Assembly (NCBI GenBank): GCA_963816145.1
Contig: CAWFJP010000015.1
Location: forward strand, 32,001-96,000
Direction of reading: 5' to 3'
Source of the DNA: an uncultured delta proteobacterium
GTDB taxonomy: Bacteria > Desulfobacterota > Binatia > UBA9968
Length of the DNA stretch: 64,000 bases
Both the position numbers and the translations under genes were made by a program. Under the pieces are notes generated by a model. The model did not search any database, was not told the DNA's origin, and saw only the letters and a program-made list of their open reading frames with translations. Below are positions 1 through 8,820 of the stretch, piece by piece. Numbering within the stretch: position 1 is the stretch's first letter; each line of letters begins with the position of its first letter.

Positions 1-260
1 TGAGCAATCAATGCCAGCCCGGCTCCCTGACCGCGAAAGCGCGGTAAGAGTTCGGCGCTCAAAGAGCTAAACAAATAGCGGATCAGGTGATCCATCACCG
101 TCGAGTACGCCGCCGCGACTTCCATACCGCCGGCGCCTTGGCGATGGCGCTCGAACAATACGCGCCGGCCCCGGTCAAGGTAGCTCCGGCCGAGCGCCTT
201 GAGATCGACCTCGACCTGACTATCCTGCAATAAGCCCAATGCGATGGCGACAGCATCCAT
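1..260 (-). CDS. glnD: [protein-PII] uridylyltransferase, N-terminal part (runs off window edge)
   Basis: Own translation from ATG at 260: MDAVAIALGLLQ...LFERHRQGAGGMEVAAAYSTVMDHLIRYLF...GLALIA, resembling the GlnD N-terminus just before the A(V/Q)GGYGR motif. Not in the ORF track; starts 9 bp after the amidase stop. Confidence 0.75.
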   Translation of the reverse strand, partial: MDAVAIALGLLQDSQVEVDLKALGRSYLDRGRRVLFERHRQGAGGMEVAAAYSTVMDHLIRYLFSSLSAELLPRFRGQGAGLALIA

Positions 261-269
261 AAGTGGCGA

Positions 270-1688
270 TTATAAAGTTTTAGCGATCATGACCGACTGA
301 GCGTATTTCTGAATGCCTTCGAACAGCGAATTGACCATGGCGTCCTGATTGGCCTCCCGGCTCATCGCCGGTCCTTCGACGCGATGGGTGACGAAAAACA
401 TTTCGACCAAGACGCTCGGCATGCGAGCGCCGACTAGGACATAAAAGAGCGCCTTCTTGACGCCGAGATCGCGCACCTCGCCGACCGCTTTACCCATGCC
501 ACCGACCACCGACTGCTGCAGGCGGTGCGCCAGGGTGATCGAATCCTCGAGTTTCATGTTCTGTGTCATATCGCTCAAGATAAATTGCAGATCAGAGACG
601 TTCTTACGCGCACTGCTATTTTCCCTGGCTGCCAAGCGCATCGCCGCTTCATCGGTCGTATTGTCCAGATAATAAGTTTCGACGCCGCGGGCATCGGCAT
701 TAGGGCTAGCATTCATATGCAGGGAAATAAACAGATCGGCGTCTTCGGCATTGGCGAGGTAGGTGCGGTCCTCAAGAGCGATGAATCGGTCGTCTTTGCG
801 GGTCAACACGACCTGAACGCCCATCTCGTTCCTGAGTTTGACGGCGAGTTTCTTGGCGACGCTTAAGACCAGATCTTTTTCCGTGATGCCGCCGACGCCG
901 ATGGCCCCGGGATCTTTGCCGCCATGCCCTGGATCGATAACGATCTTGCGAATGCCCGTGGGACTTCCCATCGGAAGATTCGGTTTCTTGTCTTTGACCG
1001 TCGTACTGGACCGCGGGCTACGCTCAACCTTTGCCGGTACCTCCTTGGCGGCGCTCGACTCCGCCATCGTCTGACCCTGCAAGTCGATCACGAGCCGATA
1101 CGGATCCGGCAGAATGAACGCTTTGTGATCGATCAAGCTGGTCATGTCCAAAACCACGCGCACCACGTCGGCGCTATACTGGCCAAGGCGCACCTGGCGC
1201 AACAGGCCGTCATCCACTGGCACCGGTTCTTTTGAGGTCATCGCCAAGCGCGCCGCGGTGATATCGATATAGATGCGCGGCGGGACGCCCTTGGCGGCAT
1301 CCTCCTTCAGCCGCTTGACTTCATATTTAGCGTCTTGGGATAGATCCAACATGACCCGGGTAAAATTTTTCGACGATAAAAAACGCAAACCGGTGACTTG
1401 AACCTTGTCTGAAACCAGCGGGGTCGCGGTGTTCGGTACCACTGCGGTAGGCGCGGGGCTCTTTTCCTCCTCGGCCGGGCGGTATGGTGCGGCCGGCGTC
1501 AACCCGTCATTGTCAACGGGCTTTGGCGCACTCGATTGCCCATAACCGGGCAACGGTTCTTTTGGCATCGGATCGTTGCGTACTTGGCCCAACAGCCTGC
1601 TTTCCGGCCAGAGGATGAGCCCCGTCAGCGCTACTACCGCTATCCATCGAGTAAGACTTCGCCTTTGCATCATCATAGATACTCCCAT
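270..1688 (-). CDS. N-acetylmuramoyl-L-alanine amidase with signal peptide and AMIN domain (AmiC-like)
   Basis: Amidase_3 motifs IVIDPGHGGKDPGA, FISLHMN, PSVLVEM; AMIN-like segments (TRVMLDL, RLVIDL). Start uncertain. Confidence 0.93.
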   Translation of the reverse strand: MGVSMMMQRRSLTRWIAVVALTGLILWPESRLLGQVRNDPMPKEPLPGYGQSSAPKPVDNDGLTPAAPYRPAEEEKSPAPTAVVPNTATPLVSDKVQVTGLRFLSSKNFTRVMLDLSQDAKYEVKRLKEDAAKGVPPRIYIDITAARLAMTSKEPVPVDDGLLRQVRLGQYSADVVRVVLDMTSLIDHKAFILPDPYRLVIDLQGQTMAESSAAKEVPAKVERSPRSSTTVKDKKPNLPMGSPTGIRKIVIDPGHGGKDPGAIGVGGITEKDLVLSVAKKLAVKLRNEMGVQVVLTRKDDRFIALEDRTYLANAEDADLFISLHMNASPNADARGVETYYLDNTTDEAAMRLAARENSSARKNVSDLQFILSDMTQNMKLEDSITLAHRLQQSVVGGMGKAVGEVRDLGVKKALFYVLVGARMPSVLVEMFFVTHRVEGPAMSREANQDAMVNSLFEGIQKYAQSVMIAKTL

Positions 1689-1698
1689 TCATCTCCCA

Positions 1699-4272
1699 TC
1701 ACTTCTTGGCTTGCTCGCTCAACTCATAGAGCAGGTTCAATGCTTGGATCGGCGTCAGATTGGCGACATCGAGTTGGGTCAAACGATCGCGCAGCCGATC
1801 GCTGGCGGCATTGAACAAACCCATCTGCACCGGCAACTCGTTCTTTTCCTCGGCGCGGCGCTTACCCATGGAGCTCGGTGCCACGCTCTGGCTGTCTTCC
1901 AACTGAGCCAGTATGACCTTGGCCCGTTCGATCACCGGCGCCGGCATGCCGGCCAATCGCGCCACATGGATGCCGTAGCTGTGGCTCGCCGCGCCGGCGA
2001 CCAAGTTGCGCAGAAAAATAATTTCGCCGCGCCACTCTTTGACGGCGAAGTTGAAATTCTTGATGCGCTCATGGTTGAGCGCCAGCTCGGTCAGTTCATG
2101 ATAGTGGGTGGCGAACAGCGTGCGCGGCCGCTCGCGGCATTCGTGCAGCGACTCGGCCACCGCCCAGGCGATGGAAATACCGTCAAAGGTGCTGGTGCCG
2201 CGCCCCACTTCGTCGAGCAGGATCAAACTGCGCCGGCTGGCATGGTGCAAGATATTCGCCGTCTCCTTCATTTCGACCATAAAAGTCGACTCGCCCCGGG
2301 CCAAAGAGTCCGCCGCGCCGATGCGCGTAAAGATCCGGTCGACGATGCCGATCTGCGCTTCGGCCGCGGGTACGAAGCCGCCCATCTGCGCCATGATAAC
2401 GATCAAGGCGTTCTGGCGCATGTAGGTCGACTTACCCGCCATGTTGGGTCCGGTGAGCAACAGGATTTGCTCGGAATCCGCATCGATCTTGCAGTCGTTA
2501 GGGACAAACGCGCCGCGCCCGACCGCGTTCTCGACCACCGGATGGCGCCCTTCGCGGATATTCAAAACGGTGCTGTTATCGACGCGCGGGCGTACGAAGC
2601 GCTGCGCTTCGGCGACATCGGCCAATGCCGTGAGCACGTCCAAAATCGCCAGCGCGTTGCCCATCGCCTTGAGCGCCGGATAATGCAGCGCCGCTCGCTC
2701 GCGCACCTGGGTCAACAGATTCGCCTCGATCTTTTCCATCAGGCTTTCCGAATTGAGCACCTTGGCTTCGTATTCCTTGAGCTCGGGCGTAATATAGCGC
2801 TCACCATTGGCCAGGGTCTGCTTGCGAATGTAGTTCTCCGGTACAGATTTCAACTGGCTGTTGGTAACTTCGATGTAGTAGCCGAACACCCGGTTGTAAC
2901 GGACTTTCAGAGACGCGATACCGCTGCGCTTGCGCTCGCCGGTCTCGAACTGAGCGATCCAATCCTTGGCATGGCTGCGCATGGCGCGAATCTCGTCAAG
3001 CTCGGCGTCGAAGCCAGCGCGGATAAAACCGCCTTCTTTGAACGCAAACGGCGGGTCGTCGACGATCGCCCGTTCGATGAGACCGACGACTTCCGGCAAA
3101 TCCTTCAGACTCGCGCAAAGACCGACCAGCAACGGTGCGGCGAATCCGGCGGCCAGCTCGCGCACGGCGCTGGCCGCGGCTAGAGTTTGTTTGATCGCGA
3201 CCAAGTCTTTCGGCGTCGCGCTGCCGGACAACACGCGGCCGCTGAGCCGTTCGAGATCCTGAATTTTTGCTAAACGCAGCTTGAGTTCTTCCCGTACTGC
3301 GAAACCTTCGGCCAATTCTTGCACCGCGTCATAGCGGGCGCGAATCTCCATTTTGTCGAGCAACGGATAGAGCAGCCACTGGCGCAATCGGCGCGCCCCG
3401 ATGGCAGTTTGGCTGCGGTCGAGAATTGCCAAAAGCGAACCGCGCCGCTCCCCCTGAGCGGTGGTTAGCAGCTCCAAATTGACTCGGGTGATTTCGTCAA
3501 GAATCAAAAAGTTCGAGACCACATAGCCATGCAAATCGCGCAACAGCTTTACCGACTCGGGAATGTTAGCAGTGAGATAATTGACGATCGCCGCCGCCGC
3601 GCGAGCGCCTTGAGCAGGGATATCCGCTTCATGGCTCGGGCCAGTGGCGGTCGCATCGGCAAAGCTCTCGTCGGGCAGCGAAGTTAGATGGATCGCCGGG
3701 TATTCTTTATAAATGCGCTCGCGCAGCCGGCCATCGCGCGTCGCCAGCAAGATTTCGCTGGGCTGGACGCGGCCGAGTTCGTCGAGAAACGCCTGCTCGT
3801 CGGCGGTCTCGGTGCAGCGGAACTCGCCGGTGGTGATATCGCTCACGGCCAGGCCGTAGCTCGCTTCGCCCTGGCACACCGCGGCGAGAAAATTGTTGCC
3901 GCGAACGTCGAGGGCTTCATCCGCCGTCACTGTCCCCGGCGTGATCACCCGCACGACTTCCCGTTTGACCACGCCCTTGGCCAGCGCCGGATCTTCCACC
4001 TGCTCGCACACCGCGACTTTGTGGCCGGCTTCGAGCAGCTTTTGAATATACGGCTGCGCCGAATGATAGGGCACGCCGCACAGCGGCACCGAGCCCTCGT
4101 CGCTCTTGTTGCGCGAGGTCAGCGTGATGTCGAGAATTTTCGACGCCACATGGGCATCTTCGAAAAACATCTCGTAGAAATCGCCGAGGCGAAAAAACAA
4201 GATGGCGTCCTGGTACCGCTCCTTGATCTGGAAGTACTGTTGCATCATCGGCGTGACCTTGGTTCCGTCCAT
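1699..4272 (-). CDS. mutS: DNA mismatch repair protein MutS
   Basis: TPMMQQY...FFRLGDFYEMF, Walker A TGPNMAGKSTYMRQ, STFMVEM, DEVGRGTS, FATHYHEL, SYGIHVARLAG. Confidence 0.99.
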   Translation of the reverse strand: MDGTKVTPMMQQYFQIKERYQDAILFFRLGDFYEMFFEDAHVASKILDITLTSRNKSDEGSVPLCGVPYHSAQPYIQKLLEAGHKVAVCEQVEDPALAKGVVKREVVRVITPGTVTADEALDVRGNNFLAAVCQGEASYGLAVSDITTGEFRCTETADEQAFLDELGRVQPSEILLATRDGRLRERIYKEYPAIHLTSLPDESFADATATGPSHEADIPAQGARAAAAIVNYLTANIPESVKLLRDLHGYVVSNFLILDEITRVNLELLTTAQGERRGSLLAILDRSQTAIGARRLRQWLLYPLLDKMEIRARYDAVQELAEGFAVREELKLRLAKIQDLERLSGRVLSGSATPKDLVAIKQTLAAASAVRELAAGFAAPLLVGLCASLKDLPEVVGLIERAIVDDPPFAFKEGGFIRAGFDAELDEIRAMRSHAKDWIAQFETGERKRSGIASLKVRYNRVFGYYIEVTNSQLKSVPENYIRKQTLANGERYITPELKEYEAKVLNSESLMEKIEANLLTQVRERAALHYPALKAMGNALAILDVLTALADVAEAQRFVRPRVDNSTVLNIREGRHPVVENAVGRGAFVPNDCKIDADSEQILLLTGPNMAGKSTYMRQNALIVIMAQMGGFVPAAEAQIGIVDRIFTRIGAADSLARGESTFMVEMKETANILHHASRRSLILLDEVGRGTSTFDGISIAWAVAESLHECRERPRTLFATHYHELTELALNHERIKNFNFAVKEWRGEIIFLRNLVAGAASHSYGIHVARLAGMPAPVIERAKVILAQLEDSQSVAPSSMGKRRAEEKNELPVQMGLFNAASDRLRDRLTQLDVANLTPIQALNLLYELSEQAKK

Positions 4273-4277
4273 GGCGT

Positions 4278-4757
4278 TCAGGCCGAGCCGCTCCGTCCCG
4301 TGTCGAGCTGCCGGGTTGCCCGATTAGGCTTACTGGCGACACCGCCAAACCGCTTGACCGCGCCATCGAGTTCGCGCACCAAATTGCCGATCCCCAGCGA
4401 CAGCACAAATTGCCGCTCCATCGCATGGAGAATCTTCTGCCGGTCGCTGGTGATGACGAACAGCTCTTCGCCATCGGTGAGATAGCGCAGCGACTCGGGG
4501 GGGCGTACCGACGGGTCGGTCTGTTCTTTCAATGGCCGCAAGCAGCGGCGGATTTTCTTCAGGCTGAAACCGTAGCGCGCCAGGTCCTTGACCACCTTCA
4601 GACAAACCAGGTCGTGAAACGAATAAAGCCGCTTGGTGCCCCGGCCGCCGGCAAGTTTGATCGACGGCCGCAAAAACTTCTGCTCGTCCCAGTATTGCAA
4701 CTGGCGCAAACTGACACCGACAATGCGGCTGGCGGTCTTGCTATCGTAGGTATCCAT
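4278..4757 (-). CDS. MerR-family HTH transcriptional regulator (Rv1830/McdR-like)
   Basis: VGVSLRQLQYWDEQKFLRPS...GRGTKRLYSFHDLVCLKVVKDL and C-terminal YLTDGEELF...QFVL. Start moved to ATG 4757, downstream of the predicted promoter. Confidence 0.88.
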   Translation of the reverse strand: MDTYDSKTASRIVGVSLRQLQYWDEQKFLRPSIKLAGGRGTKRLYSFHDLVCLKVVKDLARYGFSLKKIRRCLRPLKEQTDPSVRPPESLRYLTDGEELFVITSDRQKILHAMERQFVLSLGIGNLVRELDGAVKRFGGVASKPNRATRQLDTGRSGSA

Positions 4758-4775
4758 GGGCGATCGGTCAATAGA

Positions 4776-4797
4776 ATGGAAACAACAATGTTTCCAT
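4776..4797. promoter_or_regulatory. Perfect inverted repeat ATGGAAACA-acaa-TGTTTCCAT, probable operator
   Basis: 9-bp perfect arms with 4-bp spacer, directly downstream of the predicted -10 box of the merR-mutS operon. Confidence 0.7.
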
Positions 4798-4798
4798 A

Positions 4799-4827
4799 AA
4801 AGTAAACGCAAGGTAACGGGAAGTCAA
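4799..4827 (-). promoter_or_regulatory. Putative sigma70 promoter of the merR-mutS-amidase-glnD operon
   Basis: Minus strand TTGACT-N17-TACTTT. Confidence 0.6.
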
Positions 4828-4991
4828 TCGAAAGTTGTCGGTTCGGCCTTGTTGTCGAGCTGCAGAACCTCGCGAGGGGATGTCGCAAGATAATCGAATA
4901 GACCTTTCAACACGAAGTGTTTATGAGCTTGCGCTCGTCTACAGACTTTGAAAACCGATGGATTCCCCGCCACCTGTTACTCTGCTCGAAT

Positions 4992-5069
4992 CGTCATTCC
5001 CGCGCAGGCGAGAATCCAGGTTTGTTTTCCGCCGAATTAGCCTGGATACCCGCTTCCGCGGGTATGACG
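4992..5069. repeat. GTCATTCC-type palindromic REP-like element
   Basis: cgtcattcccgcgcaggcgagaatccagg ... cctggatacccgcttccgcgggtatgacg forms a long imperfect hairpin. Confidence 0.8.
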
Positions 5070-5130
5070 GAACCCCGGGTGACCTCTTCCATTTGGCTGG
5101 AGATCATCCCCCGAACGTAATTTTTTTAAG

Positions 5131-5201
5131 GTGACACGAAGTTCACGAAGGGCTCGGAATTCCCGATTTCCAAACTTCGTGTCCTTCGCGCCTTCGTGGT
5201 C
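5131..5201. repeat. CACGAAG 9-bp-periodic hairpin element, copy 1 (degenerate left arm)
   Basis: gacacgaagttcacgaagggctcgga...tccaaacttcgtgtccttcgcgccttcgtggt. Confidence 0.8.
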
Positions 5202-5279
5202 AGGACGAAGTGTTATATTCATGCAATAACTGCAAGAACCTCTATTGAACGGGCGCCGCCGATATGGTGAAAAGTAGCC

Positions 5280-6086
5280 ATGCCTTTCCCCGCGAATTTA
5301 CTCGTCGGCACTTCCAGTTGGTCGAGCAGCGATTGGCTGGGATCCTTTTACCCGGCCAACCTGAAACCAGGACAGTTCATCGAGGCCTACGCGCGCAAGT
5401 TTCCCGCTGTCGAGATCGACTCCACCTACTACAGCATCCCGCCGCCACATGTGGTGGCGAGTTGGCGTGAAAAAACCCCGCCTGGATTTATTTTTGCCGC
5501 CAAGGTTCCCGGCGTGATCACGCACGAAAAGGTGCTGAAGGATTGCCAAGCCGAGTTCACGACGTTTTTGAACAACATATCGCTCCTGGGCGACCGTTTG
5601 GGGCCGCTGCTGTTGCAATTTCCCTATTTCAATCGTAACGCCTTTCCGTCGCGCCAGCCCTTCGATAACTTGCTCAAACCGTTTCTCCAAAGTCTGCCTA
5701 AGGAATTCAAGTTCGCGTTGGAAATTCGCAACAAGAATTGGCTCAGCTGGGACTTCCTCGAAATGCTGCGCGACCACCAGGTGGCGTTCGCACTGGTGGC
5801 GCAAGCGTGGATGCCGCGCATCGATACCTTGGCCAAAGCGCTCGACCTGGTCACCAGCGACTTCGCCTATGTGCGCTTCATCGGCGACCGCAAAGCGATC
5901 GAGGCCAAAACCAAACGCTGGGACAAACTGATCGAAGACAAGTCCGACGAAATGAAGATCTGGATCAGCGAACTAAAAACAATCACCGACAAGGGTGTGA
6001 AAACCTACGCCTTCTTCAACAATCACTACGCCGGTTTTGCGCCGGGATCGATCAAGCAATTCGAAGATCTGTGGCAACAGAGCTAA
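5280..6086 (+). CDS. DUF72 (YecE-like) family protein
   Basis: VGTSSWS...W...FYP, VEIDSTYYSIP, FAAKVP..ITH, LLQFP, YVRF.G, FFNNHY.G.AP. Confidence 0.92.
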   Translation: MPFPANLLVGTSSWSSSDWLGSFYPANLKPGQFIEAYARKFPAVEIDSTYYSIPPPHVVASWREKTPPGFIFAAKVPGVITHEKVLKDCQAEFTTFLNNISLLGDRLGPLLLQFPYFNRNAFPSRQPFDNLLKPFLQSLPKEFKFALEIRNKNWLSWDFLEMLRDHQVAFALVAQAWMPRIDTLAKALDLVTSDFAYVRFIGDRKAIEAKTKRWDKLIEDKSDEMKIWISELKTITDKGVKTYAFFNNHYAGFAPGSIKQFEDLWQQS

Positions 6087-6115
6087 TCCTGCTGCAGTTC
6101 ATTTCGACAGGTTTG

Positions 6116-6171
6116 CACGATGCGCTCGCAATGACGATTAAGTTTGTCATTTCGAGCAAAGCGAGAAATCT
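6116..6171. repeat. Degenerate back-to-back GTCAT/ATGAC-type repeat halves
   Basis: gcgctcgcaatgac followed by tgtcatttcgagcaaagcgagaaatct, similar to the arms at 17847-17930. Confidence 0.5.
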
Positions 6172-6230
6172 CCGCGAATCAATGCAACGGAGCACCATGA
6201 AAGCGAATCAGGATCTTAATCGTTAAAGTC

Positions 6231-6260
6231 TTGACGCCAATTCCCCACCGGGCGTAAGCT
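6231..6260 (+). promoter_or_regulatory. Putative sigma70 promoter
   Basis: TTGACG-N18-TAAGCT upstream of GGAGG RBS and ATG 6303. Confidence 0.45.
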
Positions 6261-6302
6261 CCGAGTGTCGAACTAAATCAAGCAAATTATTTGGAGGATT
6301 CC

Positions 6303-7274
6303 ATGGCTGCTAATGAAAAGAATGCGCTTCACCTCGCCACCCACTCCGGCTGGTACCGATATGAACGGCGCGGCGAGAATTGGGAACAGACCGACCGAGC
6401 GCTAACGTTCTGGCAGATGAGCTGTATCCAGGTGGATCCCCATGATGCCAAACATGTCTACGCCGGCACCGAGCACTCCGGTATGTTCGTCAGCCAAGAC
6501 GGCGGCAAAGACTGGAAGCGCGCCGAACCCAACGTGCCGATTTTGGAGATGTCGGCGATGCTCGCCTTACCCGGCAAAGTTTTAGTCGGCACTCGTCCCG
6601 CCGCGCTTTATCTGCACAAAGACGGCAGTGGCTGGCAGGAAGTAAAAGGCATTCGCCAAGGCGCCTTTGGCGGTACCTTTCCTCCCAATCCGGACTTGGC
6701 ACCGCGCACCCGCGTGCTGACCACGGAGAAGGCTTCCGGCAACCGGCTCTATGCCGGCATCGAAGTCGGGGGAATTTTGGTAAGCGACGACGACGGCGTG
6801 AACTGGGTCAAGCGCAATGACGGGCTCACCGATCCCGATCTGCATCAAATTTTGTCGGCAAACAAGAAGCCTGGCCTATTGGTGGCGGCCTGCGGCGAAG
6901 GAGTCGCCCGCAGCACCGATCGCGGCAACAAATGGGAACCGGTCACCCCGGCGGGAGGCCGGACCTACGGCAATGCGCTCGCCGAAGACGACCAGGGCAA
7001 TATTTATCTCGGCATCACGCAAGATCGGCCGCGCACCTGGCTGCGCGCGGGACGCGCCAAGACGGCGATCTTCAAATCACAGGATGGCGCCAGTTGGGAG
7101 TTTCTTACCGATCAGATGAGCGGCGGCGTCATGGAGATGTGTCCGAACGCCGACGGCAACGGCGTCTTGGTTGCCACCGCCGACGGTGAAGTCGTTAACG
7201 TGGACTCCAATGGCAAGACCCGCACCTTGATTAACGGTGTGCCGTGCATCAACGCCCTGGCCTTAGGAGCATAA
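6303..7274 (+). CDS. BNR/Asp-box beta-propeller protein
   Basis: Repeated Asp-box motifs SQDGGKDW, SDDDGVNW, STDRGNKW, SQDGASW; GGAGG RBS; no signal peptide. Confidence 0.85.
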   Translation: MAANEKNALHLATHSGWYRYERRGENWEQTDRALTFWQMSCIQVDPHDAKHVYAGTEHSGMFVSQDGGKDWKRAEPNVPILEMSAMLALPGKVLVGTRPAALYLHKDGSGWQEVKGIRQGAFGGTFPPNPDLAPRTRVLTTEKASGNRLYAGIEVGGILVSDDDGVNWVKRNDGLTDPDLHQILSANKKPGLLVAACGEGVARSTDRGNKWEPVTPAGGRTYGNALAEDDQGNIYLGITQDRPRTWLRAGRAKTAIFKSQDGASWEFLTDQMSGGVMEMCPNADGNGVLVATADGEVVNVDSNGKTRTLINGVPCINALALGA

Positions 7275-7293
7275 TATCCGAAACCAATCGGTT

Positions 7294-7324
7294 GTAGGGG
7301 CGACCGGCGGGTCGCGCTTTTTTT
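7294..7324 (+). terminator. GTAG-type REP hairpin with T-run between convergent genes
   Basis: gtaggggcgaccggcgggtcgcgc followed by 7 T. Confidence 0.65.
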
Positions 7325-7802
7325 ACGCCGCCGGCAGCTTCTGATACTTGCCTTTGAAAAATAGCAACGGCCGTTCGCCCTCGGCGGCGACGTTGAGAAT
7401 CTCGCCGACCACGATGGTGTGATCGCCGCCGCCATGACAGGCGGTAATCTTGCACTCCACCTGACCCAACGCGCCATCTATGAGCGCCACACCGTTGCCG
7501 CCCGCATGCCATTTCAAATCGGCGAATTTGTCGATCCCCTTGGTCGCGAAACGGCGCGAGATATCTTCCTGATCCTCACTCAAAAAGTTCACGGTAAACC
7601 CATTCCCCGGCGCAAAGCAGTTGTAGCAGGTAGCCCCCTTATCGACGCTGATGATCACCAACGGCGGATTGAGCGAGAGCGACATGAAAGCATTGGCCGT
7701 CAAACCTTGCGGCGCGCCGTCGGCATCTTTGGTCGTAATCACGGTAACACCGGTGGCGAAGTGCCCCATTACGCGGCGCAGTTCTTGAGCTTCAATGGCC
7801 AT
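7323..7802 (-). CDS. Flavin reductase (HpaC/RutF-like)
   Basis: LRRVMGHFATGVTVIT, SLSLNPPLV, GGDHTIVVGE, PLLFFKGKY; GGAG RBS before ATG 7802. Confidence 0.93.
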   Translation of the reverse strand: MAIEAQELRRVMGHFATGVTVITTKDADGAPQGLTANAFMSLSLNPPLVIISVDKGATCYNCFAPGNGFTVNFLSEDQEDISRRFATKGIDKFADLKWHAGGNGVALIDGALGQVECKITACHGGGDHTIVVGEILNVAAEGERPLLFFKGKYQKLPAA

Positions 7803-7898
7803 TGGATCTCCAGATTTAAAAAACTTTTCCAAGTGGTAGCAGAGCCCGCCGAGGACTGTCAATCCACCCGGCGCTATAGTGGTAGCTTACATCGGAAC

Positions 7899-7963
7899 GA
7901 TCCCTCACTTCGTTCGAGCTGACGGCTAATTTAGAATTGTCATTTCCAGCACAGCGAAAATTC
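7899..7963. repeat. Degenerate GTCAT-family repeat remnants
   Basis: gatccctcacttcgttcgagctgac ... tgtcatttccagcacagcgaaaattct resembles arms at 6145-6171 and 17903-17930. Confidence 0.4.
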
Positions 7964-8074
7964 TATTCGACCTACACTCGCAGGACTGGGCATGAACCCG
8001 AACCGTCAGTTGGCGCTGGTAGACGAAACGCTGCTAAAAGTGCTATCAAGAAAGCAATCAAAGGAGGTTTTTTT

Positions 8075-8638
8075 ATGGCATTACAGGAACAGAGAGCCGA
8101 CAACGCATTTGACCGCTATATCGCCGAAGTGCGCGCCGTCTGGGGTGATGGCAAGGACCCGCAGCTACCCTACAAAGTCGCCGGGCTGATGGAAAAACTT
8201 TTCGCCTCGACGAGTCCCGACGATCCCTGGATGGCCGAGATCATTCGCGACGGCAAACCATCCCGAGAGCTCTATCGCGACGCCGAGCATGGCTTCATTC
8301 AAATGGGCCATGTCCACAAACAAGGCCACGGCAACACGCCCCACGATCACGGCCCCTGCTGGGTCGTCTACGGCGCCTTTTCCGGCCTTACTGAAATCAC
8401 CAAGTACAAACGGACCGACGATGGCTCGCAACCGGGCAAATGCACGTTGGCAAAAGAGCGTCTCGATCGCCTCACTCCCGGCGCCGTGGTTCCCTACGTC
8501 AAGGGTGACATTCACTCGACCAACGCAGTTGAAGGTCCTGGCGTGGTTTTCCGCTTCTTGAGCTACGACTTGGATAAGATCGACCGCAGCCGTTACAACA
8601 TGGAAAAAGGCACGGTCATTCCGGTGCCGGCGCGGTGA
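8075..8638 (+). CDS. Cupin of the cysteine/thiol dioxygenase-like type
   Basis: PHDHGPCWVVYG ... GDIHS three-His pattern; AGGAGG RBS before ATG 8075. Confidence 0.72.
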   Translation: MALQEQRADNAFDRYIAEVRAVWGDGKDPQLPYKVAGLMEKLFASTSPDDPWMAEIIRDGKPSRELYRDAEHGFIQMGHVHKQGHGNTPHDHGPCWVVYGAFSGLTEITKYKRTDDGSQPGKCTLAKERLDRLTPGAVVPYVKGDIHSTNAVEGPGVVFRFLSYDLDKIDRSRYNMEKGTVIPVPAR

Positions 8639-8672
8639 GATTCCGGTCTTGCGGGTTTACCGTGAGAAGATG

Positions 8673-8759
8673 TGTTCACCACGAAGGACACGAAGATCAC
8701 GAAGTTCGGAGTTTAGATGATCTGAAGCCTTCGTGTCCTTCGTGGCTTCGTGGTGAACA
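8673..8759. repeat. CACGAAG hairpin element, copy 2
   Basis: tgttcaccacgaaggacacgaagatcacgaagttcgga-gtttagatga-tctgaagccttcgtgtccttcgtggcttcgtggtgaaca. Confidence 0.9.
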
Positions 8760-8820
8760 AAACAAATCGCACGTGACGACAAGTATCGAGACTAACAAGC
8801 CAAAATAGCGCAATACCCCA

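Noticed and set aside
1576-3183. 535-aa plus-strand ORF and many other long antisense ORFs (e.g. 13121-14218, 20634-21737, 37868-38851)
   Set aside because: They mirror well-supported genes on the opposite strand and have no recognisable motifs; expected shadow ORFs in GC-rich DNA.
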